From NCBI GenBank assembly GCA_038874135.1, contig JAVZCZ010000001.1, positions 751,219 through 815,218 on the forward strand: a stretch of 64,000 nt of DNA, written 5' to 3'. The notes under the pieces are model-generated. The model saw only the letters and a program-made list of their open reading frames with translations, ran no database searches and was not told the origin of the DNA. The translations under genes and the position numbers were made by a program. Positions 1 to 9,100 of the stretch are shown here, piece by piece. Positions within the stretch are counted from its first letter, which is position 1, and each line of letters opens with the position of its first letter. This stretch comes from Candidatus Woesearchaeota archaeon (GTDB lineage Archaea > Nanobdellota > Nanobdellia > Woesearchaeales > 0-14-0-80-44-23).

Positions 1-3000
1 TGCTCATACTCTTCTAACTACTTGGAAGTGCAGTGCTCAGATGAGCAAGCCTATGGCAATGCCTCTACATATTTTTACATATTTGAACTTCCATCCGTGA
101 ATACTTACGAACCGAACGATTCTGCAATAATAAACTCTTCCTCATTCCAATTTGAATATGAAATTCTGCCAGAATCGTCAGCATACTTAGTTAAAAACTG
201 CGCCCTTATATTAGATGGAACTTCCTGTAACTCTACTGATTTACCTCACAATGGAACAAACAGCATAAGCTGCCCGTTCAGTGAAGGATCTCACACTTGG
301 AAGGTGCTCTGCACACTCATAGGCTCAGGCCAGGAAACTATTGAAAGTCAAGAAAGAGGATTCTTTGCAGATTATAGTCCTCCAAATATAAACCTAATTA
401 ATCCAAACCAGCCCGCTTACAATTCAGATGTTCCCATTGAATTTAACATTACAGACTCTGCCTCTTCATCATTCAATTGCACAATATCCGGCATTCCAGC
501 ACCATTCAATCTCAGCTCACTTGTTTCCTACTCTTCTAAGCTTAACCTTCCAGTAGGAAAATATAATCTAACGATTTCCTGCTCAGATGCTGCTGGAAAT
601 TCTGCATATACTTGGCAAGAATTTGAACGAATAAATCTTTCAGTTTCAACTGACAAAAAATATTATATTCCTATGGAAAATGTGTTTATAACGCTGAACG
701 CTCCTCCTTCCCAAACAAATATCTCAGTTTCAAAAGGCAATTTCACACTGTCCAAAACAACAACTCCACCATATCCAATAGTCTACATCTTCACATCCTC
801 AAACGAGCCTGGAGATTACCTGGTGCAGGCATTTACAACATATAACAACATAACATTCACTGCCAACACCTCATTCTCAGTCAATATAACTAGAAACCTT
901 ACACTTTCAATATCAGCTAACACCACAACAGCTGAGCCCGGAGTAAGAATCCTATTCTATTCTAATGTTTCAGGAAACCTCACTCCTGTTACATACTTGT
1001 GGGACTTTAATAATGATAACCTTCCCGAAAGCAGCCTTCCAAATACCGAATACTCTTTCTCACAGCCTGGAAGATACCTCGTAACTTTAAAAGTGAACGA
1101 CTCATATTCCTCCGCCTCAGCTTCAATAAATATAACAGTGCTCTCCAGAGCAAATTTGAGCATTACAGTTCTTAACAGGCTTGGAGAACCTCTCGCTGGA
1201 GCAAACATCACGCTAGGCAACACATCTGCCATAACCAACTCCTCTGGAGCAGCAGTCATGCAGAATCTGCTTCAAGGCACATACCCTATAAATGTAACAG
1301 CCACAAATTACAATTCGTATTTCAACACAGTGGACATTTCCTCTAACAAAAACATAACAATATATCTACAAGAGCTCACAGAAGAGCCGGAAATCCTAAT
1401 AACAGAACCAACAGATGGTGCTACAATAACATCCCTTCCAATTACAATAAGGTTCAAAGCAAATTTATCATATCCTACAAACTGCACACTATACAAAAAT
1501 GAACAACAATCCTGGTGGGAACAGCTTTCTCAGATGGCTGTTACAAACAACACTGAAAATACCTTGTCAGTAGCCAATCTCACGGACGGGCAAGTTCTTC
1601 TAAGAATCGTATGCACAGATGTATTCGGAAACAGTGGCACCCAACAGATTTCCCTTAACATCAGCACACTACCAAAAGAGCCGCAATATCCAGAACTAGA
1701 CCAGGCAGAAGAAGAGCTCTACACAAAACAGGAATACTACAACAGCATAGGACCAGCACAGCTTGAAGCAGCTCAACTATTAGGTATACCTGATATGCTC
1801 TCAGATGCTCAGAACCGATTAACACTCGCCAGGAGGGATCTCTCAGACCTCTCATATTCAAAAAAGAGCCCGGAGGAAAAAGAAGCAAGAAAGAGTGAAA
1901 TAATATCTGACGCCGTTTCACGAATCAATGCAATTCCAGATTCAATACAGGTGCTATCTTCTTATGAACAGATACACTATCCAACTCAGCAAGAGCTGGA
2001 AAAGGTGGCAGCTCCCTTCATCTCAGCTAATTCTCTGAAGATAGACCAGCGGACATTCCTAAGAGCAAACTCTCCACTTATTGAGCTAATAACAATAAAT
2101 ACAAAAGCGTTTTCAATAGTGCTAAATTATAACGGGGAGAGCCGAGAAGTGTCTGTAATAAAGCACTCTGTACAGCTCAGCCAACAGCTTAACGAATCAG
2201 CAATCTCAAACCTGATGTTAATACTCAATATTCCAAAACAGATAGCTGACTCAGCAGCAGGAATCACATTTATGGACAGGTATGGACAAAAAGTAGTCAA
2301 AGATGATCCAATCTTTTCACTTCCTGTTACAAGCGAAATAGTTTACCAAATAAACAAGAGCATTGATGCAAATTCTGCTTCTGAGATATCACTCCTCTTA
2401 GTAAGCAAGAGTGCTTCAGTTTCAATACCAGGCATATCGGGACTGGCAGTTTCACAGACAAGGTATTCCATCTGGCCTTTCAATCTCATTGGAGGAAAAA
2501 TTGGCTCCAGTTTAGCTATTCAAATAGTAATACTTGTAGTGCTTCTTACCATATACTTAGTATACACCCTTCAGCCGGAAATAATAAGCAGATCAGCAGA
2601 TGCACTAGGAAATCATATCAAAAATCTCAGACCTCGCTCGGAAAATAGGATGAAGCAAATAGTCCATGCTGAGAAGTCAATTCCCACAACACTACAGAAC
2701 AATTTAGCTAGCATGCCGCAGCAACAAACATACTCACCCATTCAACAACAAGTAGTTCCCATAGGGCCTGGAATGCAGCATTCTTACATTGCTTACAGAA
2801 TGCAACGGGCTCTTCAGTTGGCAGAGCAGAACAACTATGAGGAAGCTTCAGCCGCATATTATGAATTAAAATTCCTTTATAACACGCTCAGCTCTCACGA
2901 AAAATCCCTACTTTATCCGCAATTATTAAACCTGGGACACAAGCTTAACATTTCCTATATCAGACAGTTAGTTTCAGAAGCAAAGTTAAAGGTTAATTCA

Positions 3001-3222
3001 GACTACCAAGAAGCCCTTGAACTTTATGATAAGATCTCCAAGGCATACTCACTGCTCCCTACAGAGTTCAAGTATGCAGTGTTCTCTGAATGTCTTGAGC
3101 TTCTAAACATTCTTGAAAGGGCAAGAAAAAACCAGAACAACTCTGAAAATCAAGCAGTAACCTTCAAAAAGAAAAAAAAGAGGTGCAGGTCAAAATCACA
3201 CGCCAAGGCGAGAAGGGCATAA
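1..3222 (+). CDS. Large glycoprotein-like surface protein with its N-terminus off-window. It has PKD-like and carboxypeptidase-regulatory-like Ig-fold modules, a C-terminal TM anchor and a helical cytoplasmic tail.
   Basis: ORF track gives 22..3222. The same frame is stop-free back to nt 1, so the true start lies upstream. 'YLWDFNNDN...GRYLVTLKVND' is PKD-like. 'ITVLNRLGEPLAGANITLGNTSAITNSSG' is CarboxypepD_reg-like. Module ends such as 'YNLTISCSDAAGNSAYT' recur. A hydrophobic stretch LAIQIVILVVLLTIYLVYTL lies near the C-terminus. N-x-S/T sequons are very dense. Confidence 0.75.
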   Translation, partial: CSYSSNYLEVQCSDEQAYGNASTYFYIFELPSVNTYEPNDSAIINSSSFQFEYEILPESSAYLVKNCALILDGTSCNSTDLPHNGTNSISCPFSEGSHTWKVLCTLIGSGQETIESQERGFFADYSPPNINLINPNQPAYNSDVPIEFNITDSASSSFNCTISGIPAPFNLSSLVSYSSKLNLPVGKYNLTISCSDAAGNSAYTWQEFERINLSVSTDKKYYIPMENVFITLNAPPSQTNISVSKGNFTLSKTTTPPYPIVYIFTSSNEPGDYLVQAFTTYNNITFTANTSFSVNITRNLTLSISANTTTAEPGVRILFYSNVSGNLTPVTYLWDFNNDNLPESSLPNTEYSFSQPGRYLVTLKVNDSYSSASASINITVLSRANLSITVLNRLGEPLAGANITLGNTSAITNSSGAAVMQNLLQGTYPINVTATNYNSYFNTVDISSNKNITIYLQELTEEPEILITEPTDGATITSLPITIRFKANLSYPTNCTLYKNEQQSWWEQLSQMAVTNNTENTLSVANLTDGQVLLRIVCTDVFGNSGTQQISLNISTLPKEPQYPELDQAEEELYTKQEYYNSIGPAQLEAAQLLGIPDMLSDAQNRLTLARRDLSDLSYSKKSPEEKEARKSEIISDAVSRINAIPDSIQVLSSYEQIHYPTQQELEKVAAPFISANSLKIDQRTFLRANSPLIELITINTKAFSIVLNYNGESREVSVIKHSVQLSQQLNESAISNLMLILNIPKQIADSAAGITFMDRYGQKVVKDDPIFSLPVTSEIVYQINKSIDANSASEISLLLVSKSASVSIPGISGLAVSQTRYSIWPFNLIGGKIGSSLAIQIVILVVLLTIYLVYTLQPEIISRSADALGNHIKNLRPRSENRMKQIVHAEKSIPTTLQNNLASMPQQQTYSPIQQQVVPIGPGMQHSYIAYRMQRALQLAEQNNYEEASAAYYELKFLYNTLSSHEKSLLYPQLLNLGHKLNISYIRQLVSEAKLKVNSDYQEALELYDKISKAYSLLPTEFKYAVFSECLELLNILERARKNQNNSENQAVTFKKKKKRCRSKSHAKARRA

Positions 3223-5564
3223 TTTGTGCTCTGCTTTTAGGAATTGTAACTATAATCTTAGGTAGTTATGCCTGCGCTTTGGAATTTTCACCATCTTCAA
3301 TTAACGAAGTGCTTTCTATTAACAAGTTTGTTCAGAAAAACATAACTTTGAAGAATGAACTCTCCTATCCGGTAAGGATTGCTCTGGTGCCCTCTTCTAA
3401 CATTAGCGATTTATTAGACATCACTCCAAATTCTATTGAAATCGGGGCAAGAGAGTCAAAGAATGTTCTGGTTACAATATACGGAAATGTTGATCCTATA
3501 AAATTTATTAATCGCTCGTATTACATCTTTAATGGCTTCATAAAGCTTGAAGGAGCTAACGCTCAAATACCTACGGACTTGATGGTCACTAATGGAACAA
3601 TAAACCTGCCCAGCAGCATGGTGCTTTCAGCATCGGCAGGTAAGGATTATTTCACTAAATCAGAAAATCTCTCTTTTATAATTGTTGTAACGAATCTTAT
3701 GACAGGCTCAAAACCAAATGTTACTCTTTTCTATTATTTCCTAATTGATAAAAACTCAGAAATTCCCGTTGGGAACGATTCCTTCATAATTACTACTTCA
3801 AAATCAGTTGTAAAGGAATTCATACCAATGTCTTCAATACCTGATGGCACCTATACTTTCAGGGTTGTAATGTCTTATGCAGATAAGAAGAGTGTTGCTG
3901 ATGTGCCCTTCAGGATATCAACCCCATTTATATTCAGAACATTCTTAGGTATAGCTGTATGGCAGTATATACTCGGAGTGATTGCCTTAATAATAATTGG
4001 CTTGTTAGTATACTGGCGAAGGAAGCGTGTTTTGGCTTCTCGTCGTTATGGTGTGAGTGTGGATTTGCGTAGTTTTCCTTCTTCTGGTAGGCTTGTGCGT
4101 TTGGGTAAGTTGGCGGAGTATGGGCGTGATTTTTGGTTTGATTTGGATGGTTTGACTACGCATTGTATTGTGGCTGGTGCTACTGGTGGTGGTAAGACTG
4201 TTGCTGCTCAGGTTTTGGTGGAGGAGGCTTTGAAGGCTGGTGTGGCTGTGGTTGTTTTTGATCCTACGGCTCAGTGGAGTGGTTTTTTGAGGCCTTGTTC
4301 TGATAAGGGTATGTTGTCTTTGTATTCGGGTTTTGGGTTGCGTCGTTCTGATGCTCGGGGTTTTCCGGGTAATGTGAGGCAGGTGTTGGATGCTCGTGAG
4401 GTTTTTGATGTTAGGCGTTTTATGCGTCCTGGTGAGATTGAGATTTTGAGTTTGAATAGGTTGAGGCCTGAGGAGATTGATGTTTTTGTGGCTAATACTG
4501 TTAGGAGCGTGTTTGATGCGGGTTTGGATGAGTGTCGTGAGTTGAGGTTGTTGTTGGTTTATGATGAGGTGCATAGGTTGTTGCCGCGTTTTGGCGGTTC
4601 TGGTGAGGGTTTTGTGCAGATTGAGAGGGCTTGTCGTGAGTTTAGGAAGTGGGGTGTTGGTGTTGTTTTGATTAGTCAGGTTTTGTCTGATTTTGTTGGT
4701 GAGATTAAGGCTAATATTAATACTGAGGTTCAGATGAGGACTCGTGATGAGGGCGATTTGGAGCGTATTCGTGTTAAGTATGGTGATGCTTATCTTAGGG
4801 GTCTTGTGAGGGCTAGTGTGGGTACTGGTATGTTTGAGAATCCCGGTTATAATGGTGGTCGTCCTTTTTTTGTTAGTTTTAGGCCTTTGTTGCATAGTGT
4901 GGTTCGTTTGTCTGATGCCGAGTTGGGTGAGTATAATAGGTTGAATGGGGTGTTGGATGATTTGGAGTTTTGGATTGGCGAGTTGGAGCGTTTGGGTGTG
5001 GACGTGTTTGATTTGAGGTTGGAGTTGAAGTTGGCTTGGGATAAGTTGAGGGTTGGGGGGTTTGGGATGGTGGATGTTTATGTTGAGGGTTTGAGGCCTC
5101 GCGTGTTGGGCGAGTTTGAGCGTTTGGGGAGGCCTGTTCCTAAGCGTGAGGTTAAACGCCTTTCAGATGAGGAGCTTGCAAAGCAGAGGAAGCTGGCTGA
5201 GCAGAGCCGTGCAGAGTTTATAAAAAAGATGGGCATTAAAGAGCAGCAGTCCAAGCAGGAGGAAAAGAAGGAAGAACACATCGTGCAGCCTTACACTTTT
5301 GATAATGGTGCAATGGTTTCGGAGCTTAAGGAGTTGAAAGACGCTATAGAACCTATGAGTGCTGACATCCTCAGAAGCGCGTTGAGTGGAAACAATAAGC
5401 TTTCTGATTGGATAAAGAATGAGCTTAAGAATGAGCAGCTTGCCTCTGAAATTGAGAAGGCGAAGACGAAAAAGGAGATTCTTGATGCAATAACTGCTGA
5501 ACTTGATAAAGCAGAAAAGAGCAGTGAGAAATCTGGAACTGATAAAGGCCAAAAGTCTAAGTAG
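3183..5564 (+). CDS. Membrane-anchored HerA/FtsK-superfamily (DUF87-like) P-loop ATPase, paralog 1. Order: signal-anchor, ~250-aa extracellular domain, TM, cytoplasmic ATPase, Lys/Glu-rich tail with a conserved C-terminal module.
   Basis: Walker A AGATGGGKT is at nt 4173-4199 and Walker B LLLVYDEVH at 4548-4574. 'REFRKWGVGVVLISQ' is a HerA/DUF87-type motif. The TM GVIALIIIGLLVYW is followed by RRKR (positive-inside). The track start is GTG 3183, which overlaps the upstream ORF by 40 nt, so the exact start is uncertain. Confidence 0.8.
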   Translation: MQVKITRQGEKGIICALLLGIVTIILGSYACALEFSPSSINEVLSINKFVQKNITLKNELSYPVRIALVPSSNISDLLDITPNSIEIGARESKNVLVTIYGNVDPIKFINRSYYIFNGFIKLEGANAQIPTDLMVTNGTINLPSSMVLSASAGKDYFTKSENLSFIIVVTNLMTGSKPNVTLFYYFLIDKNSEIPVGNDSFIITTSKSVVKEFIPMSSIPDGTYTFRVVMSYADKKSVADVPFRISTPFIFRTFLGIAVWQYILGVIALIIIGLLVYWRRKRVLASRRYGVSVDLRSFPSSGRLVRLGKLAEYGRDFWFDLDGLTTHCIVAGATGGGKTVAAQVLVEEALKAGVAVVVFDPTAQWSGFLRPCSDKGMLSLYSGFGLRRSDARGFPGNVRQVLDAREVFDVRRFMRPGEIEILSLNRLRPEEIDVFVANTVRSVFDAGLDECRELRLLLVYDEVHRLLPRFGGSGEGFVQIERACREFRKWGVGVVLISQVLSDFVGEIKANINTEVQMRTRDEGDLERIRVKYGDAYLRGLVRASVGTGMFENPGYNGGRPFFVSFRPLLHSVVRLSDAELGEYNRLNGVLDDLEFWIGELERLGVDVFDLRLELKLAWDKLRVGGFGMVDVYVEGLRPRVLGEFERLGRPVPKREVKRLSDEELAKQRKLAEQSRAEFIKKMGIKEQQSKQEEKKEEHIVQPYTFDNGAMVSELKELKDAIEPMSADILRSALSGNNKLSDWIKNELKNEQLASEIEKAKTKKEILDAITAELDKAEKSSEKSGTDKGQKSK
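4021..5176 (+). repeat. ATPase cassette copy 1. This 1156-bp block is identical to 8201-9356, and its coding strand is G+T-rich.
   Basis: Base-by-base reading matches 8201-9356 at an offset of 4180. The sense translation and the long antisense ORF translations (4005..4895 vs 8191..9075) are identical in the ORF track. Line 4081-4140 contains 6 A and 6 C out of 60 nt. Flanking line 3901-3960 contains 17 A and 13 C. Confidence 0.95.
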
Positions 5565-5674
5565 ATTTCTTATACCTTAACCAACAATGTGGTATTTATA
5601 AACTTAGATTACTTAGTATGCATTTATACACATACACTATTTGTGTCACATTTAAAAATTAGTATATAAAATGA

Positions 5675-5688
5675 AAATATTTATATAT
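5675..5688 (+). promoter_or_regulatory. Putative BRE/TATA promoter element AAATATTTATATAT upstream of the RHH-led surface operon.
   Basis: It lies in an AT-rich 175-bp intergenic region with a TTTATATA core ~65 nt upstream of ATG 5753. The identical 14-mer recurs at 27328-27341 upstream of another secreted-protein gene. Confidence 0.4.
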
Positions 5689-5752
5689 CAATATACATAT
5701 TTAGTATGAGTTTGTATTCAAAGACCTTGAAAAGGCTTTTTTGGGACCCGAA

Positions 5753-5941
5753 ATGCGCAGTACGCCTGAGAAGCATGGCTCAAAGAGAATAACCATAACC
5801 ATAAGCAAGGACCTTTTAGACTTCTTAGATTTAGCTGTGGAGAACAGGCTGTTCGCAAGCAGAAGTCATGCACTTGAAGTCTTAGTAAGGCGCAGGATGG
5901 AGTTTGAGAATGAAGCAAAGAATTACAATTACATTGGATAG
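5753..5941 (+). CDS. Ribbon-helix-helix (CopG/Arc-MetJ-like) DNA-binding protein 1.
   Basis: 'KRITITISKDLLDFLDLAVENRLFASRSHALEVLV' has the beta-strand plus two-helix RHH pattern. The ORF track begins at TTG 5741, and the first ATG is 5753. Confidence 0.7.
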   Translation: MRSTPEKHGSKRITITISKDLLDFLDLAVENRLFASRSHALEVLVRRRMEFENEAKNYNYIG

Positions 5942-6101
5942 TGAATGCCTGGCATGGGTTGATGAAAAGGTAAAGAATAGAAGCTTTGCTAATCGGAGCC
6001 ACGGCTTTGAATTTTTAATAGCGCGATTCAAGGAGCGCCAAGAACTTCAGAATCTTCTCAACTCGCGAAATTCAAAGGAGGAAGACTTAAAACATGAATA
6101 A
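5910..6101 (+). CDS. Ribbon-helix-helix (CopG-like) DNA-binding protein 2, a tandem paralog.
   Basis: 'QRITITLDSECLAWVDEKVKNRSFANRSHGFEFLI' is paralogous to the upstream RHH. The track start is TTG 5904 and the first ATG is 5910. It overlaps RHH1 by ~32 nt and overlaps the start of the 1180-aa gene by 8 nt. Confidence 0.7.
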   Translation: MKQRITITLDSECLAWVDEKVKNRSFANRSHGFEFLIARFKERQELQNLLNSRNSKEEDLKHE

Positions 6102-9100
6102 AAATCCTACCTTCAGGATACTGGAACGGGACAGGCAGCTGGAAAGGAGAAGACAGCAGCTGTACATCCTATTAGGCATCTTAGGAGTTTTACTAGCAGT
6201 TGGTGTTATACTTCTGATAAGAATGTTCATAGGATACGCAGTTCTGGAAAGCAGGGCTGGCACAATAACACAACTTAATATACAGCTCAGATACTCAACA
6301 CACATATGGGCTGGATTTTACGGATTGGCATTCCGCGTTCCCGGATACACTGAGCAGCAGTCTGCAGTTGCAGTCGGCGGCACAGTCTTCTTGCAGCACT
6401 TAGTATTTGACTGCTTAAAAACTACAGACGGCAACATTCCTGAGGTATATGCCAGTACTTCAAGAAACATTGACTGGAATTCACTCCAGCCAGCAACTCC
6501 AGACTTGATTGACAGCTACCTACAAGTAGATCCTTCAGATATAACCTCTGCTTCAAACACATTTACAGAAACAATGTCAATACTCTTAGGAGACAGAGAA
6601 ATCACAAATATTGCTGCAACGCACACCAAAAAGTTCGGAGTTCCGGACAGCACGGACTTTGATATAGGCTTCTTAAAAGATTCGTTGGGAAATCTCGTAT
6701 TTGTAACCCATGTAACTCCAACTTATACCAAAGGATTTAACAACCAAACTATAAACTACCAAATGCTCCTTCCAGTACAAGCAGGAACAGCTCCAGTATA
6801 CTACTTCTTCTCAGACCCATATGACGAGTGCCAAGCAGGGCTTGAAGCTCTCAAAAATGCTACCATATTCGGAAGAGCCATAGACAATGCAACAGGCCTT
6901 CCACTTGAAAATGTTACAGTTAATCTTCATACTGCTACAGTTCTTACCAACTCTACAGGAGACTATTACATAGCAATATTTAACGGCACCTACACCCTAG
7001 TAGCTTTCAAGCCGGGATATTACACCTTTGTTGCAACAAACATCACTCTCCCAGCTGACAATCTGTCTACACCTCAATCTGAAAATATTGTCGAATTTAA
7101 TATATCCCTCATTCCCAACCCTGGAAACCCAACTGGACTCGGAAACCTAACTGGCACTGTAACTGATAAAGACTTCGGAATACCCCTCTATAATGTAACA
7201 GTGTATGTAAACGGCAGAATCGCTAAGACAAACATTACAGGCCAATACCTACTTGAACTGCCAGCAGGAAATCATTCTCTTATAGCAATGAAGGAAAACT
7301 ACAGAACATACTACACTCCAAATGTAACTATACTGCCTGGAAACACCACTGAATTTAATTTCAGTATGGAATATGCAGAGCCAGAAATAAAAGAAACTCC
7401 TGGATATCCGCTAAATACCTTCGTTTCCAACCTACTCAAACAGGCAGTGCAGAGGCCTCAAATAATACTCACTCATAAGATTGATACAAAAGAGATATTT
7501 GAAACATTAAAAGTTGGCTCATATGTCCAGCGCTCATTCAATATAACGAGTTACAGGCCTGCCGAGTCCAAAGTTGAGTTTGAAGTCATAGGAAGTGCTG
7601 CACAGCTGGTAAAGGTTGACAAGAGCAGCTCAATAATACCTCCAAGGGGTGCAGAAAACTTCACCCTTACAATTCTAGCCAATGTGCCTCCAGGCATATA
7701 TACCGGAACATTCCTAATCAAAGGAGACCTTGAAGACAGAATCCCGATAAAGATAGTTGTTTATGAGAAGGATAGACTTCCAATAGAGGCTCTTCTCCTA
7801 GAAGTAGTGCCAATAAAAAAGATAATCAGCCCAGGAGAACTATTTGAATATAAGGTCAGCATGACAAACCTGCTGAGGGACACCCCATACAACATCACCC
7901 TTTCATACAATATCACCTCGCGCTCTTCAAATCTTACTATTCCCGTTGAAGAAGAGACGAGACTCTTGGAAACTCAGCTTTCCTACCTTAAGTATTACAA
8001 GCTTCCCAAAGACCTGCCAGAAGGAGAATACTTCCTTGAAACTAGAGCGGAATTCTTAGAACTATCAACAAACACAAAATCGCTATTCATAGTTAAGAAG
8101 CCAATTTACATGTATGCATTATTCGGAATACTTCCCCTCTGGCAGCTTTTCATAATAATAGTTTTCACCTCCCTCATGACCTTCGCAGGATTAATGTATC
8201 GGAAGCGTGTTTTGGCTTCTCGTCGTTATGGTGTGAGTGTGGATTTGCGTAGTTTTCCTTCTTCTGGTAGGCTTGTGCGTTTGGGTAAGTTGGCGGAGTA
8301 TGGGCGTGATTTTTGGTTTGATTTGGATGGTTTGACTACGCATTGTATTGTGGCTGGTGCTACTGGTGGTGGTAAGACTGTTGCTGCTCAGGTTTTGGTG
8401 GAGGAGGCTTTGAAGGCTGGTGTGGCTGTGGTTGTTTTTGATCCTACGGCTCAGTGGAGTGGTTTTTTGAGGCCTTGTTCTGATAAGGGTATGTTGTCTT
8501 TGTATTCGGGTTTTGGGTTGCGTCGTTCTGATGCTCGGGGTTTTCCGGGTAATGTGAGGCAGGTGTTGGATGCTCGTGAGGTTTTTGATGTTAGGCGTTT
8601 TATGCGTCCTGGTGAGATTGAGATTTTGAGTTTGAATAGGTTGAGGCCTGAGGAGATTGATGTTTTTGTGGCTAATACTGTTAGGAGCGTGTTTGATGCG
8701 GGTTTGGATGAGTGTCGTGAGTTGAGGTTGTTGTTGGTTTATGATGAGGTGCATAGGTTGTTGCCGCGTTTTGGCGGTTCTGGTGAGGGTTTTGTGCAGA
8801 TTGAGAGGGCTTGTCGTGAGTTTAGGAAGTGGGGTGTTGGTGTTGTTTTGATTAGTCAGGTTTTGTCTGATTTTGTTGGTGAGATTAAGGCTAATATTAA
8901 TACTGAGGTTCAGATGAGGACTCGTGATGAGGGCGATTTGGAGCGTATTCGTGTTAAGTATGGTGATGCTTATCTTAGGGGTCTTGTGAGGGCTAGTGTG
9001 GGTACTGGTATGTTTGAGAATCCCGGTTATAATGGTGGTCGTCCTTTTTTTGTTAGTTTTAGGCCTTTGTTGCATAGTGTGGTTCGTTTGTCTGATGCCG

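Noticed and set aside
3147-3222. An A-rich run (caaaaagaaaaaaaagagg) in the 40-nt overlap between the 1066-aa ORF and the -1-frame ATPase-1 ORF could be a programmed frameshift site.
   Set aside because: The downstream frame is open only from 3147 and has its own GTG start followed by a signal-anchor-like N-terminus. The upstream protein already has a complete TM plus tail. There is no supporting structure or evidence. It remains a formal possibility only.
4005-4895. A long antisense ORF of 296 aa, with a twin of 294 aa at 8191..9075, encodes T/N/K/R/P/H/Q-rich low-complexity protein.
   Set aside because: The sense strand of the cassette is A-poor. TTA/CTA/TCA triplets, which are stops on the antisense strand, are therefore nearly absent, and every antisense frame stays open by default. 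The sense frame carries clear Walker A/B and HerA motifs. The antisense product is pure low complexity.
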